Below, piece after piece: positions 12,723-25,398 of a stretch of 64,000 nucleotides of DNA; the first letter of the stretch is position 1, and every line of letters begins with the position of its first letter. The DNA lies in the NCBI RefSeq assembly GCF_018977255.1, contig NW_024704760.1:1798001-1862000 (forward strand). The letters run 5' to 3'. Under the pieces are notes generated by a model. That model made no database searches. It was given only the letters and a program-made list of their open reading frames with translations, and was not told the DNA's origin. Made by a program: the position numbers and the translations under genes. Source of the stretch: Callorhinchus milii. Lineage: Eukaryota.

Positions 12723-14167
12723 GTGAGTCTCGTTTCTGTGTCTCTATATAATTTAACAACTAACTTCTATTTGTCCCAGAAGAATAAACGGATCAAAGTC
12801 TGACCATCCAGATATAAGCCTATCTGGAAGGTCCCCCAACCATCGGAATGGGAGATCTTCCTTTTGGCATCTTAGGTTTGGGCCTGTTTGAAAATACGTC
12901 AAACTAACCCTCACCCCATAGCCCACTTCACACATGATTGTGTGTTTCTGTCGCTTGCTACATACATGTAAGAATATACATGAGCGTCGCTGGTCTTGCT
13001 AATCTCTCAGTGTTTACCTGGGCTTAGTTGGTAGCACTTTTGCGCAGGGCTGAGTTCAAACTCTGACATAAGATGAGCTCACAGTCTGGACAGACGCTCC
13101 AGTCTAAGTGCACTTTTGTCAGAGGTGCATTGGCTGAGATGTTAAAGTAATGGCCTGTTGTGGTGGACGTGTTATAAATCCAACTGGAAAAGAAAACGTT
13201 TTTCTCTTCGCATCGCCCTGACCAACAATTCTCGACGTTAATTGATCAATCACTTTACGGCTCTTTGTGGGAAACGTCCAACTTCCAACCCTACAAATTA
13301 GCGGCTGTGTTTGCCTTCAAATACACAGCCACTACCTTTTAAATAGCCCGTGAAGCGATTGGAGATGGTTTTGATACTGTAAGCGCTGTATCGATTGTGA
13401 GGATTATAATATCCTGTGAAGCACTTAACACATTCCGAACACGTACAACCCAGTGTGTAATCTCACCTCTTCAAACACTAACCTCCAATTACAAAATCAC
13501 ACTTCCAAAAAGTGTCAGCTCACCCACTTCCATCTCACTGGGATTCGTTTGTTAGCTGAGCGCGAGAGAAACTAGAAGCGACGCCTCTTCTCACAGTTAT
13601 ATGTGGAACGTTAATATAAATAAGGTTCTTTTGTGCTAAAATGTGTTATTTAACTGAACCTATGATCCCCAATAATCGGTTGAAGTTACAGCTTATTTGA
13701 GAATGTATTTCTTTTATAAAATGTTATTAATATTATTGATATCCTGTCTTTGCCCAGCATCCCAACAGATCACAATGGCTAGTGATCAAACACTTAGACA
13801 GCTCAGTGACACTGAGGCCAGTTTCAATGCCCTCACACTCCACTACTAACTGCGGCCAAAATATTCACAGGATCAAAGATGGGTTCGGATGAAGAAGGCC
13901 CTTCGGATCATCTGATTTCATCCTTCTAGAACACACGCCCAACCATCCCTCCTTCATCAATAACAACAATTTGCATTAATATAGAGCCCCACATGCAGGT
14001 TAAGTCTTACATCACTAAGATGCTTTTATAAATGAATCCCAGATTCCTGACCTCTACCACCTTTCCTGGCCAAACTGGGAGGATTGGAAGTGTTAAACAG
14101 CCTGTTTAAATGTTGTTGTGTTGTTGTTTGTGAAATGATGCACTAAATACTTTGTCGTTTCTCATAG

Positions 14168-14309
14168 GATCATCCATCAGAACGGTTACTCGAAGGAAGA
14201 ATGTTTAGAATTCGTATCCATCATTAATGGTAATATCCTGCAATCTATCCTGGCCATCGTCAAAGCCATGTCTGTCTTTGGGATTAATCACGGAGAATCA
14301 GCTTGCGCG
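14168..14309 (+). CDS. GNAT2: Cone transducin alpha, exon 3
   Basis: 142 bp, [15 protein letters not shown]...ESACA, ag/gt boundaries. Confidence 0.93.
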
Positions 14310-14342
14310 GTGAGCACATCTGCGCTTCGAAACCTTTAGCAC

Positions 14343-14722
14343 GTGGAGACCTGTAGCTTAGTGGTTAGTGCGCTGGCCTCGCAAGTGAGAGGACTTGGGT
14401 TTGATTCCTGGGCAGAACGAAACCTTTGGCAAGTTTCCTTACGCCACACTCCTCTGTTCACCCAGCAGTGAGTAGGAACCCAGTTGTTAGTTGATTGACG
14501 GATCGCTTTTCCGTGAGTAATAATCCCTCCAAAAATCACAAAACAAAAAAAATTGGGTCACTCCATCCACGACTGTTTGTGGGACGCCGCTGTGCGCATT
14601 TGGCTGCCGCGTTTCGCCCACACAATGCCCAGTCAATCAACTTGACAGTGTGTTCTGTGAAGTGTTTTGAGCCGTCCTCGAAGATGTGATAAGGCGCCGT
14701 ATAAATGGCAAGGATTATGATT
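14343..14722 (+). mobile_element. tRNA-derived SINE (family B), full length, GNAT2 intron 3
   Basis: gtggagacctgtagcttagtggttag head, B box, shared body and tail. Confidence 0.85.
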
Positions 14723-14744
14723 GTTTGTATTTTGGGCTTTGCAG

Positions 14745-14902
14745 GATGCTGGCAGACAGCTGTTTAACCTGGCAGACTCCATCGATGAAGGCTCCATGCC
14801 CAAGCAGTTGGTGGATGTCATAAAGATGCTGTGGGCTGATTCGGGAGTTCAGGCCTGCTTTGAAAGGGCAGCCGAATACCAGCTCAACGACTCGGCTTCA
14901 TA
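14745..14902 (+). CDS. GNAT2: Cone transducin alpha, exon 4
   Basis: 158 bp, ...[18 protein letters not shown] (GNAT2-type; GNAT1 has RASEY...SAGY). Confidence 0.95.
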
Positions 14903-15084
14903 GTAAGTGCCTTGTAAACAACAGCAGCAATTTGGCTGCTGCGTTTCGCCCAAGTAACACACACGTTACGGTGAAACCCGTGAAGCGTTTCGAGATGTCT
15001 CGAAAATGTAAGGCTCTATATCAAAGGCAAGTATTATTACTGTTATTATTATTATTATTATTATTATTATACTTGGTGGGTTGG

Positions 15085-15210
15085 GCTTTCAGCCATCCAG
15101 CACCCACTCTGTTGAACTGGATCCCAGAGTTGCCCCTCTCCCTCAAAATAAAATCCCTCTCCACCTTTAAATCCTCCTGAAGTCCTTTCTTTTCGATCTT
15201 GCTTTTCTCA
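15085..15210 (+). mobile_element. L2 LINE 3' fragment
   Basis: AFSHPAPTL...FK.LLKSFLFDLAF-like ORF2 end. Confidence 0.6.
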
Positions 15211-16450
15211 ACCCCAATGTCAGGAAAATGTGTTGACCCCCAATGCAGTTAGTTTCTCCCCAGTTGCCCAAACCGGAAGAATTGGTGTCTAAAATATTGC
15301 CAATGCAAAGCAGCACAGAGCATTGCAGGACAGATGCAAGTGAGACGGACGCCAGATATAATTCTTTTAAAATAATAGTAATCGTAATCCTTGCATTTGA
15401 TGCCACGCCTTATCACATCGTTGAGAAATCTCAAAGCGCTTCGGAGAATATTCTGTCAAGTGCAATGACTGTGTAATTTGCGTAATAATAGCAGTACTTT
15501 GCAAAACACGGCAGCCAATTGCACACAGCAGACGCGTGTATTTTTTTGTTTATATCCACGATCAAAGAAGTGTGGGTTACCATGTTGGAGCAGCAAACTC
15601 TTCCTGTGCAGACAGAAGGTGAGTGATTGGGGTGTGTGTGGTTTCCTGATGATTTCCACCACACTTTGCATCAGGGGCAGAAACCACGGGGGTTTAGTGG
15701 GGGTGGGGTAGGGCGGGGGCGTGTGAAACCACAACTAAAGAAACAAACCTGCCTTGCAAGTGACGAGTGGTGAGTGGCTAACCTCAGGTTGGGAGTATAA
15801 CTGTGGTCTCATCACGTCTCAGAGAGGAACTTGTGTGGTTTGCCTCGAACTTGCTAAACGCCAAATACCCTACATACCGGATTCTGTCAGATTGCTGTAT
15901 TATTGATAGAGCACGGCTGAGCAGATTCATTCCCCTCCTGCTGCGCGGCTGTTCTTCTAACCGTGGCCACTGGCTTTCACAGAAGTGGAGCTGCAGTCTC
16001 AGCCGGATCTGAGTGACGGGATTTAATTCGTCAAAATGCTTGAATTGAATCGACAAATTTAATCAGTCGCCCTGTTGCAAACCCACTCATGTCTCCCTTC
16101 ACATGGATATTTCAACTGGCTGATTGGTGAAATTTGGACATTCCCTCCTCCGTGGCTGTTAGTGAAACCTTGGTCGGAATTTGGACAGGGATAAAGACAT
16201 GAACGCTGCCAATCATTAGTGTTTGTACGTATGTATATATATATATATGACGTGAATACGGTACACCTCACATAAGTCGTATCAGTTGGAACCAAACATT
16301 TAATATGACTTATGCAAAGTACCAGTTGTGTCAAACTTGCCTAGAATATAAACTCTTGAACTGGACTTGCGCAGATGTGCGACTTAGATGATTGTACGAC
16401 TTATACAGATCAGTCTGATGCGATTTTAACTGTATTTCTCTTTCCCTCAG

Positions 16451-16579
16451 CTACCTGAACAACCTGGAGAGGATCACAAGTGCCGGCTTTATCCCAAATG
16501 AGCAAGACGTGTTGAGGTCGAGGGTGAAGACCACAGGTATCATTGAGGAACAGTTCTCCTGTCAGGATCTACACTTCAG
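16451..16579 (+). CDS. GNAT2: Cone transducin alpha, exon 5
   Basis: 129 bp, switch [20 protein letters not shown]. Confidence 0.95.
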
Positions 16580-16856
16580 GTGAAAAGGCGTATATGTGTA
16601 TTTGCCATTTAATATCAGTGTTAGGCGTTACAACAGAGAGTTGGAAAATAACGGGAAAGGTCATTTGTTAAGGATTTTATGAATAATTGTGGGCAGACTT
16701 AGAAAAAAAACACAAACGCACGACTTTGGCAATTGTTACGCACTTTCTATGCCACTTCCTACAGCGTTTGCTCTGAGTTTAACCTTTTGAGTTAGACAGA
16801 TGGATAATTTCCAAAGGCCTCATTTGAACAGAGGGGGAAACACAAGTAAATACTCA

Positions 16857-17035
16857 ACAACAATAACAAATTATATTTCCACGGCGCCTTTCATGTTGGG
16901 AGGATGCCCCAAGGAGCTGGGCAATCAAGGATTTGCAACCGAGCTGAGGGTATGGGGTCAGGAGAGGGTGGCGGGCTGGGAGGGTGGGGTTAGGAGGGTG
17001 AACGAAGGCACGGTTGAAGAGGTGACGGAAGGTAA
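16857..17035 (-). mobile_element. L2 LINE 3' end with (GTT)n tail
   Basis: Reverse tail ccttgggg..cctcccaacatgaaaggcgcc and C-rich 3' UTR. Confidence 0.55.
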
Positions 17036-17138
17036 ACGGGTGGACACCCCCCTCTCCTCTGCCCCCCTCCCCCCCACCCCACCGGTGTTATTCTGTGGGG
17101 CAGCCTCGAGGTTAACGTGCGGATTTCCTCCCCTCCAG

Positions 17139-17268
17139 AATGTTTGATGTCGGTGGCCAGAGATCTGAGCGAAAGAAATGGATCCACTGTTTCGAAGGGG
17201 TGACCTGCATTATATTCTGTGGGGCGCTCAGTGCCTACGACATGGTGCTGGTGGAAGATGATGATGTG
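17139..17268 (+). CDS. GNAT2: Cone transducin alpha, exon 6
   Basis: 130 bp, [43 protein letters not shown]. Confidence 0.96.
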
Positions 17269-18705
17269 GTAAGAAGGCCAAGAGCCCGAGTTCTTACAAA
17301 AACAATTAAACAATTCGGTGCAATTGCATGAAAGGTGATTTTGGCCCCAAAAGAAAAAAGGTTTATGGACGAAATCAGACGGGGGAAGCAGAAAGTGTTG
17401 CTTGTTTCAAGAACAAATTAGATAAGATTTCTGCTAGAAAATAATATCGGGGGCTACAGTACAGCATATAGTTTGGGACACGACATGGCAAGCGACTGCC
17501 AAAGGATGGTGGAAGGCAAACTGGATGGAGCTTGGTCTTCTTTAACCTAGTAAATTCTTAAGGTCCTGTTTTGTTTGCACAGAAATCACGGAATAGGAAA
17601 CGTTAGACTAAGTTATGCACTGAATGTATTCTCGGCAGCCCAGAGTGACTGACGTCCGCAATACCGCACACTGTCCCAGCTCGTCCAGTCATGCATACAC
17701 TGAACAACGTAATGAGAAAGAGAAGTGAGGATCATTGAGTGAGACAAAAATAGGTTACCTGCCGGAGGTCGTTTCGAGTTCCTTGGCAACCTGTCGGCAC
17801 TCCTGGAGTTTCATCTCGCACGAACGACATTGGCATTTGCTGAGGTCGATTTCCCATTACATTAATAATAAGCTTAAAAAGTGAGTGTGCAAGTTAGAGA
17901 TCCAGACGGCTTCTGGCGTCGTAAGGAAGAGAAGATTGTAACCAGACTGTGTTGTAGTTTAATCAGTATGTATGTCAGCAGGACAAAACCATGCTTGGCG
18001 TCTGTCTATTCAGTGAAAATTAATGCAAAACTGTGTTCGACTCTGAATACATATCTTGCGGAATACTCCCAATGAGCATTCCAGTAACAGAGCGCGGTTT
18101 GGGTATGTTTGTGAGCAACGTTTTTTTTAAAAAAGAAAATGTTTCCTCTCACCGTGTCACTACTCATTAGGGCTTTGATTAACCCTGAAGCCAAAGTCCT
18201 AATGAGTCAGGTGGTCCCAGCTGGACAAGCAGCAGGAAGCTCGTCAGTTAATCAGTGCTTTCGATGATAATTTGGTCACTCAATCCACGATTGCGTGTGG
18301 GACGTTGCTGTGCGCAATTGGCCGCCGCGTTTCGCCCACAAGTTATCCGGTCGATTCACTTCACAGCATATTCTGAGAAGCGCTTTGAGCCGACTCGAAG
18401 TTGTGATAAGGCGCTATAGCAAATGCACGGGTTATTTATTATTACATGCTGTGCATTTTTTTTGCTGGTTAAACTCCAGCAGTTACCCCAACGCACACTC
18501 ATGACGCATAACTTAGTCTAACGTTTCCTATTCCGTATTTACAAATAGCGCCCCCCACGCAGAGTAACGCCTCAGAGCGCTGATAAAAGGGGCGGGGGGG
18601 GGGGGGGGTGGTGCGGGATGCATTGAACGTAGGGCGAAAGGAAATCTAGACCGAACCAAGCAAAAATTAATCCAGTCGGTGTCCGTTTACTCCTTCCTGT
18701 TATAA

Positions 18706-18918
<213 letters not shown>

Positions 18919-19399
18919 TGAGAAGCGCTTTGAGAAGTCTCGAAGATACGTGATCAGGTGCTATAGCGAATGCAAGGATTACTATTATTTATTATATCTA
19001 ATAGTATTCTTGCTTACACGATGGGTGCAGTGAGGGGGGAAAGTAACGCACTTTCTCATTGTGAAATGAAATCCAATGTGTTAAAAGGCATTTTGTGCTT
19101 GTGATTGTCCCCGGGTGACATCCTGCGCTCACACCTACACATGAAGGAGGGCAAGGAACAGTTTAACCTTAAAAAAAAATCCTGCGCATTTTCTTTAACA
19201 CCACAAACTTCATCACAAACCGTTACCTGAATAACGTGAAGTTTAGCTGTGCGGGGGTCGTGTATTTCGCTACGCTTACATGTTTGGATTGAAATGGTTA
19301 ACAACAGCAACAACAAAAAAATTGCATTTATATAGCCCAACCTCACGCAGGATAGTCCCAGATCGCTTGACCAGTCTTTCTGCTTTAACCCCCCCCCAG

Positions 19400-19590
19400 G
19401 TCCCAACACATACGAAGATGCCGGCAACTACATCAAGCTGCAGTTCCTTGAACTCAACATGCGAAAAGATGTGAAAGAAATCTACGCACACATGACATGC
19501 GCCACAGACACAAAAAACGTGAAGTTTGTGTTTGACGCTGTGACAGACATCATCATTAAAGAGAACCTTAAGGAATGTGGTCTTTTTTAA
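19400..19590 (+). CDS. GNAT2: Cone transducin alpha, exon 8 (stop)
   Basis: 191 bp, HMTCATDT...[15 protein letters not shown]; the eight exons sum to 1065 nt = 354 aa + stop. Confidence 0.96.
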
Positions 19591-20304
19591 AAACGCTCTT
19601 TCGTCTGTCTCAGGTAAATAATAATAATAATAATAATAATCCTGGCATTTGATCTAGCATCTTATCGTGTCCAATCAACAGAAATTGCAAATGCTTTTAA
19701 AGGGAACCTCACCATCGTTTTCATTTTAAAACTGAACATTGAAGCCTTTGCACTCTCCAACGAAGATGATAATAATCCTCGCACTTGATACAGCGCCTTA
19801 TCAGGTCTCCGAGACACCCCAAAGCACTTCACAGAATATACCACAAATAAAGTGAATTGAAGTGTAGTTTGTGGGCGAAAGGATGAACTAGTGGAGTATC
19901 TGTTTAATTATCACTGAGCTTGTTGGCTATTGCAAGATATCAGTTCCAAAAATGTCTTAAACAAACCAATTAGCAGAAATGACAGTGGAGTTCTCAGCAG
20001 TGTTCCTGCAGATTCACGGGCAGATATATTCCTTGACACAGTTTATTTTTACTCAGTAAGGTGTACAAAGTTTTTAAGGATTTAACTCTTATTTGACTAC
20101 CAGCAATCGCCTGCCTCCCGTGCAGGAATTTATTAGTCAAGCTCCGACCGTCACCGGTCACCGTCCTACCCCTAACCTTCTTGCCCTCCTGATTCCAGCT
20201 GCCTGCTCGGGTCCAAATCCCCGACTGTCCAGCGCCTTGGGAGGCCCTCCCGACATGAAAGGCGCTATGCACGTCTTGTATTGTGGTGGCTGACACAACA
20301 CCAT

Positions 20305-20660
20305 GGGTCAGCCTGGGCTCAGTCAGTAGCACTCTCACTTCTGAGTCAGAAGATCGTGGCTTCAAGCCTCACTAAAGAACTTTGAGCTTAGTCCAAGCTT
20401 GACTTCCCAAGTACAGTGCTTGGGCAAGCATTGCCTTGTCAGAGGTGCCTGTTCAGGTAGATATTAAAGATCCAGTGGCACTATTTGACAATGGAAGGGA
20501 GTTTTTGCCAACAATCTCTGTTAAAATGAAATTGTCTATTCATTTCACGACATTTGTTTGCCAATTGGCTGGTGTGCTTGCCTACAATATGCGCAATCAG
20601 TGCACTTCCTGTGAAGCGCTTTGACGTGATAAGGCGCAACATCAAATCCAAGTATTATTA
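20305..20660 (+). mobile_element. Deu-domain-type SINE (family A), full length
   Basis: gggtcagcctgg..ctctcacttctgagtcagaag head, Deu-like core, shared tail; other copies near 6480-6720, 13010-13400, 32490-32745, 43140-43340 and 59200-59530. Confidence 0.7.
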
Positions 20661-20706
20661 TTTTACTGTAGTTTTAATCTTTATGCGTTGTTTTTTTTTT
20701 GGCCAG

Positions 20707-22070
20707 GAGACCTCCGACATCCTTCTTTCAACAGATTTCTCAGGGGACGATGCACCTAAAATCTTCAATCGACTCTGCCCTTAGGCGACCACAGTTAAAT
20801 CTCAGCAGCAAAAACGAGCAAGTCAAAACACTAGCAAACACTGACTGGAAGGAGTAACAGAGGCAGAACCAGAAAACTCGACTCCACATTTCAATCCGGA
20901 ATACGTAAAATCTACTTCGAACAAGTCTGGGCACCTTACGCTCTGAAAATAGTGCGGTGTTCACAATGTTCACGTCGACAAATTTTATGCTTACAGAATG
21001 CGGAAGCAACTGGTAACGATCTTTGCATTTGGGACAGCGCCTTTTCACATTTGGACGTCAAAGGGTTTTCGCAGCATTTACCGCGAAGTGTAGTGGCTGC
21101 GCACGTTGTAGGCGAAGTGCAGACAGCTAAGAACTGTTCTCTTAAAATGTTTTAAATAGTTAAGCTTCAAGGTAACATTGGAAAAGTCCCCAAGTTATCA
21201 TCTGTCATCTTTCTCCTAAACTAGAGCGCTAGTAGCCACAAAAACTCAAATAGAATTTGGCAATATTTCAAAACTGATGTTACAACAATAATCCTCGTAC
21301 GAGCAACATTTAACAACGCGAACCTTAGACACCGTTCAACTTTGAACACTGCACCCAGTTGCTGGCATAGGGTTGAGCTCTCCAGAAACGTAATCAATTC
21401 AAATTTGGTCAAAATTCAGCACTGAACGATACACATCTGACTCTCATTTCATTGTTTCTTGGGCCAGCTTGAATTCACTGTAACCTTAGGAAGGTTCAAT
21501 AGTTCTAAAAAAAAATAAACCCAGAGCTTTCCTACAAAATACTGCATCGCCCGAAATTAAAGGCAGGATATCTGATACGACCGTTCTTGGAACTATTCAG
21601 TGTGGCATTACCATCTTGGAATCCATGCCTTCTGTTCTTGCTGATTATTTCTTGTTGCCACCCTTTCTTCCTATGTACACACCCAATTATTTGAAAGGAT
21701 ATTAGAAGGTGGTGCCATGAATGTCACGTCCGGCTGTATGTGGTTGGTTTGCAGCTGTGCCGTGCGGGTCATAAAGCACCTAAGGTGACACAGAATCTCA
21801 AATATTTCGGGCACAATTTTACTTCAACCGAATTAGTGCTTAATTGCCGATTCTTCTCTTAAAAAAATCTAGAATGTGAATGTGTTTTGTAAATAAAGTA
21901 GGTGGTTTTCCCTCCACGGCGGCAGATGTTCTAACTATTTTAAGGTTAATCTTTTAGTTCCAATAAAGAATGATTATACCCTTATCTATTTTGCCACTAC
22001 CTAGAGTATTTTCTGTTTTTCAGCACTAAATAGGGCGTCATGAAATAAATATGCATACAATACCAATCAA
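20707..22070 (+). other. GNAT2: Putative non-coding 3' UTR exon of GNAT2
   Basis: Donor cag|gtaaat at 19614; T-rich tract + ccag acceptor at 20705-20706; AATAAA at 21514, 21892, 21962 and 22044; end position uncertain. Confidence 0.4.
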
Positions 22071-22559
22071 GGACTGAAGATAGCACCGATACAAACTATT
22101 CTGTATAATTCTTCAATTCTACCCCATTAATAACTATCCCCATTGTGAGAAATGCAAAATTCCAATGTTTCCTGACATTACTTAAGTAGTTACTTAATGA
22201 TCTAGTTATTTAACTTCTACATTCAAATTTATAAAAGAATTCTTATAATGCCTCATCATGTCGTCGAGACGTCTCAAAGTGCTTCACAGAATGCACCGTA
22301 AAGTGTATATTTTGTAGGCGAAACCTAGCTACAGTATTTGTAAGCAGAACATTTCTAATTTTATGAACTTGCTTTTAAAAAGTTTATTCGTGACGTCGCG
22401 TAAGAATAGAAAGAATCCAAGCTTGTGGCAATATTAAACTCAAAAAAAGTTTGCATTTTATTATTTAGAACTGCCACTACAGTAACAAAGGCAGCGGATA
22501 CAATCAAGACCAAAAGTCTAAACCCACAAAGCAACAATTCCAGCAGAGGAATGTATTCA

Positions 22560-24985
22560 CTATATTAAAGAGCTACACTTTATTCAAAGGGGGGGAAAAA
22601 AAATAACATGGCAGAACGGGAATTTGGCACATTTACAAAATACTCAGGCATATTATGGTAACAGTTCAAAAAAAGACATTTACAGTTTAAAAAAACATGA
22701 TGTTGGCATTAGAAGATTAGATGATTAGAAGACCCATTAGAAAATATCACAGTTCATTGCCAGAAAGGTAAAGCTATCCAAATGCCCAACAACTTTGCAG
22801 TAGTCATCAATGTTGAAACATGCTGAGGCATCACCAATGAGCCCCATCAAATAAATGGACATGATGTACAGGACAGTACTGGCAGAATTACCAACTGACG
22901 AGGTGGGGAAATTCTATACCATTAAAAGCCGTTAATACTCCTAGTTTTCTTCATCTTTAGATCCCAGGTGGCTTCTCAGGTGCAATAGAACGGGTGACAT
23001 GGTGTCAGGTCTTTAGCCATGACAACTGGCTGTTTAACAGGAGGAAGGGAGAGCGCGATTCAATGTTGACTGAAACACTTAGGAGTGGGAGGAATCTCTA
23101 CCTGATCAACGAACAGAAGCTGAACGCCTCCTCCCAATTTTTACAAATAGATCTCGAAAGAGTGGACTGGTCAATGCGCGGAATACAAAGATCAGCGAAA
23201 ATGAAAGTTAGCCGTTAAAGCTATGAGTGGGAAACAGCACGGCACTGCTTTTGGTGTCACCAAATTCTATTTGTAGTCATAAGACTACAGCACAAACATT
23301 CGTTCAAATTCTCAGCAGCAGCGCAGATTTCTCCAACACTGGTGCAGTAATACACTTACACTGTAAACCAGCAAAAAAAAGGCTGTAAACATTTTACTGC
23401 CATTTTAGTCCACAATTTGTATGAACAAACAGTAAGGGGAACAGCCATCAAAAGCTTTTAGTTCCATCTTTGACTCCCTGTATCCCGTGGCACTTTTTAA
23501 TTACAACTTGGCACTATGTCAAAACTTTGTTTAAAACCGTTTGATTAATACCAGCAATTCATAGGTCCCGTTTTAAAAACATGCTTTTGGCACACCTGTA
23601 TTAATACTATTCAGTCTCAAATTTCATACTCCCCAGAAGTACTGGCTTTCCCAGTTACCCAACCAACATTTACAAGATTATATTTGTGAAAAATCGCTGA
23701 CAAGCTGAGCTCAGGCACTCTCCTGTTCATTTCAGTTTGACTTAAAAAGGCTCGGTGATTGTGAACCTCTTCATTGGTGAATGATGTGGAAAGCAAAGCA
23801 ACCTTTTAACAGTAATCAATGCTGAAACAGAGTGGGAAATATCAGGACAGATACTCTTTTAAGTATTAAAGCATAGTAGATTTGTGCCTGATACAACTAA
23901 TTGAGATAGCACTTGGAGAAAGAGCTAAGGTAAAGGCCAGAGTGAGAGGTCCATTCTTTTATACTTAATTTCTTATGAAGTAGTTTCCTCCCCATTGTAA
24001 ACCATGGGGAAGTTCTGCCCCGTTATACATTTACCAATACAGGCACTGAATATGATTCATTGAATTGGATCAAGCTGCATTGAAATCTCCTATCACTATC
24101 GTTCCTAGAATGACAATTTAGCCACAGTCCATCTTGCAACTTGACAAATTGTACAGCAGACAGCACGTGAAGTCCCAGTGATAAATTAGCTTCTCAAACC
24201 ATCACTGTGGGATAAACACAAGATTGAGAAGTTTACAGGTCCCTGTAGGCTGGGAATTTTAACTGATCAATAATTGGACACTTCACTGAACAACTGAGCT
24301 CACCTTGGAATTTGTTAGTCAACACAAATTAGTAGGCTTGCTTTTTCTGGTTGGATTCTGGGTTCACCAATCTACCCCTCGTATAAGCGATGTGGGATTT
24401 TTATTTTAAAAAACTCTCCTTGCATGATAAGAAATATGAGATTGAACATAATCCCTGAATTTCATGTCAGCACAAACATCCCTTAGGCAACTGGAATGAC
24501 GGTGACTAAATACGGCAGCAAGTTTCAACAATTCATAACGCTAGAAAGTTTAAAAATACCTAACAGGTGCACTTTAAGAAAATGCAGTGAAATATCTTGC
24601 AAAACAAAAAAAATGGTCATACGGATGTCATCACATTTTGGTCAACCAAACCGAAGGCAGCGTAGGATTCAACTTAATTTGATACGTAACGTTTAGAAGG
24701 CAAAAAGAGGAACGCGAGATAAAATCAAAGGTGTGTTGGAAACTGTTTGAACCAACGCTGAGTTTCAACACGTACATCGTGTGTACCTGCTGCTTTCAGC
24801 CTACAATGCAACTAGTTTAAAAATGCTCATAATACATATTTAGTAATGAATACAAGTATCGTGCATGCAGCCTCCCACACGAACGACTTCAGCCACGCCT
24901 TTTCAACCATGCCGCCTCACGCGACGACCAGCATTAATCAGGGAACAAAAGGATCTGCCGCAGGATCCCTTCTGTTAACAAAAGC
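22560..24985 (-). other. GNAI3: Putative non-coding terminal 3' UTR exon of GNAI3
   Basis: Donor cag|gtgaga at 25180; acceptor ttttctgttttcttgctttcag| at 24986; minus-strand AATAAA at 22579-22584, 22458-22463 and 22383-22388. Confidence 0.6.
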
Positions 24986-25203
24986 CTGAAAGCAAGAAAA
25001 CAGAAAATTTATGTAATTCTTGCCATCAAATGTTATCATTACTCTCTGTTTTGTTCACAAGAGCATGTTTGCTCAAACCTACAAGGTTTTCTTTTTACAA
25101 AAAAAAGTGACCAAAGAGTAAACCATTTGTATCAAAGGTCTCCAACTCTAGCTCATGAACCAGTGAGGCCTTATTCTCACCTGAATGTTCCCTCTGGACA
25201 ATC

Positions 25204-25398
<195 letters not shown>

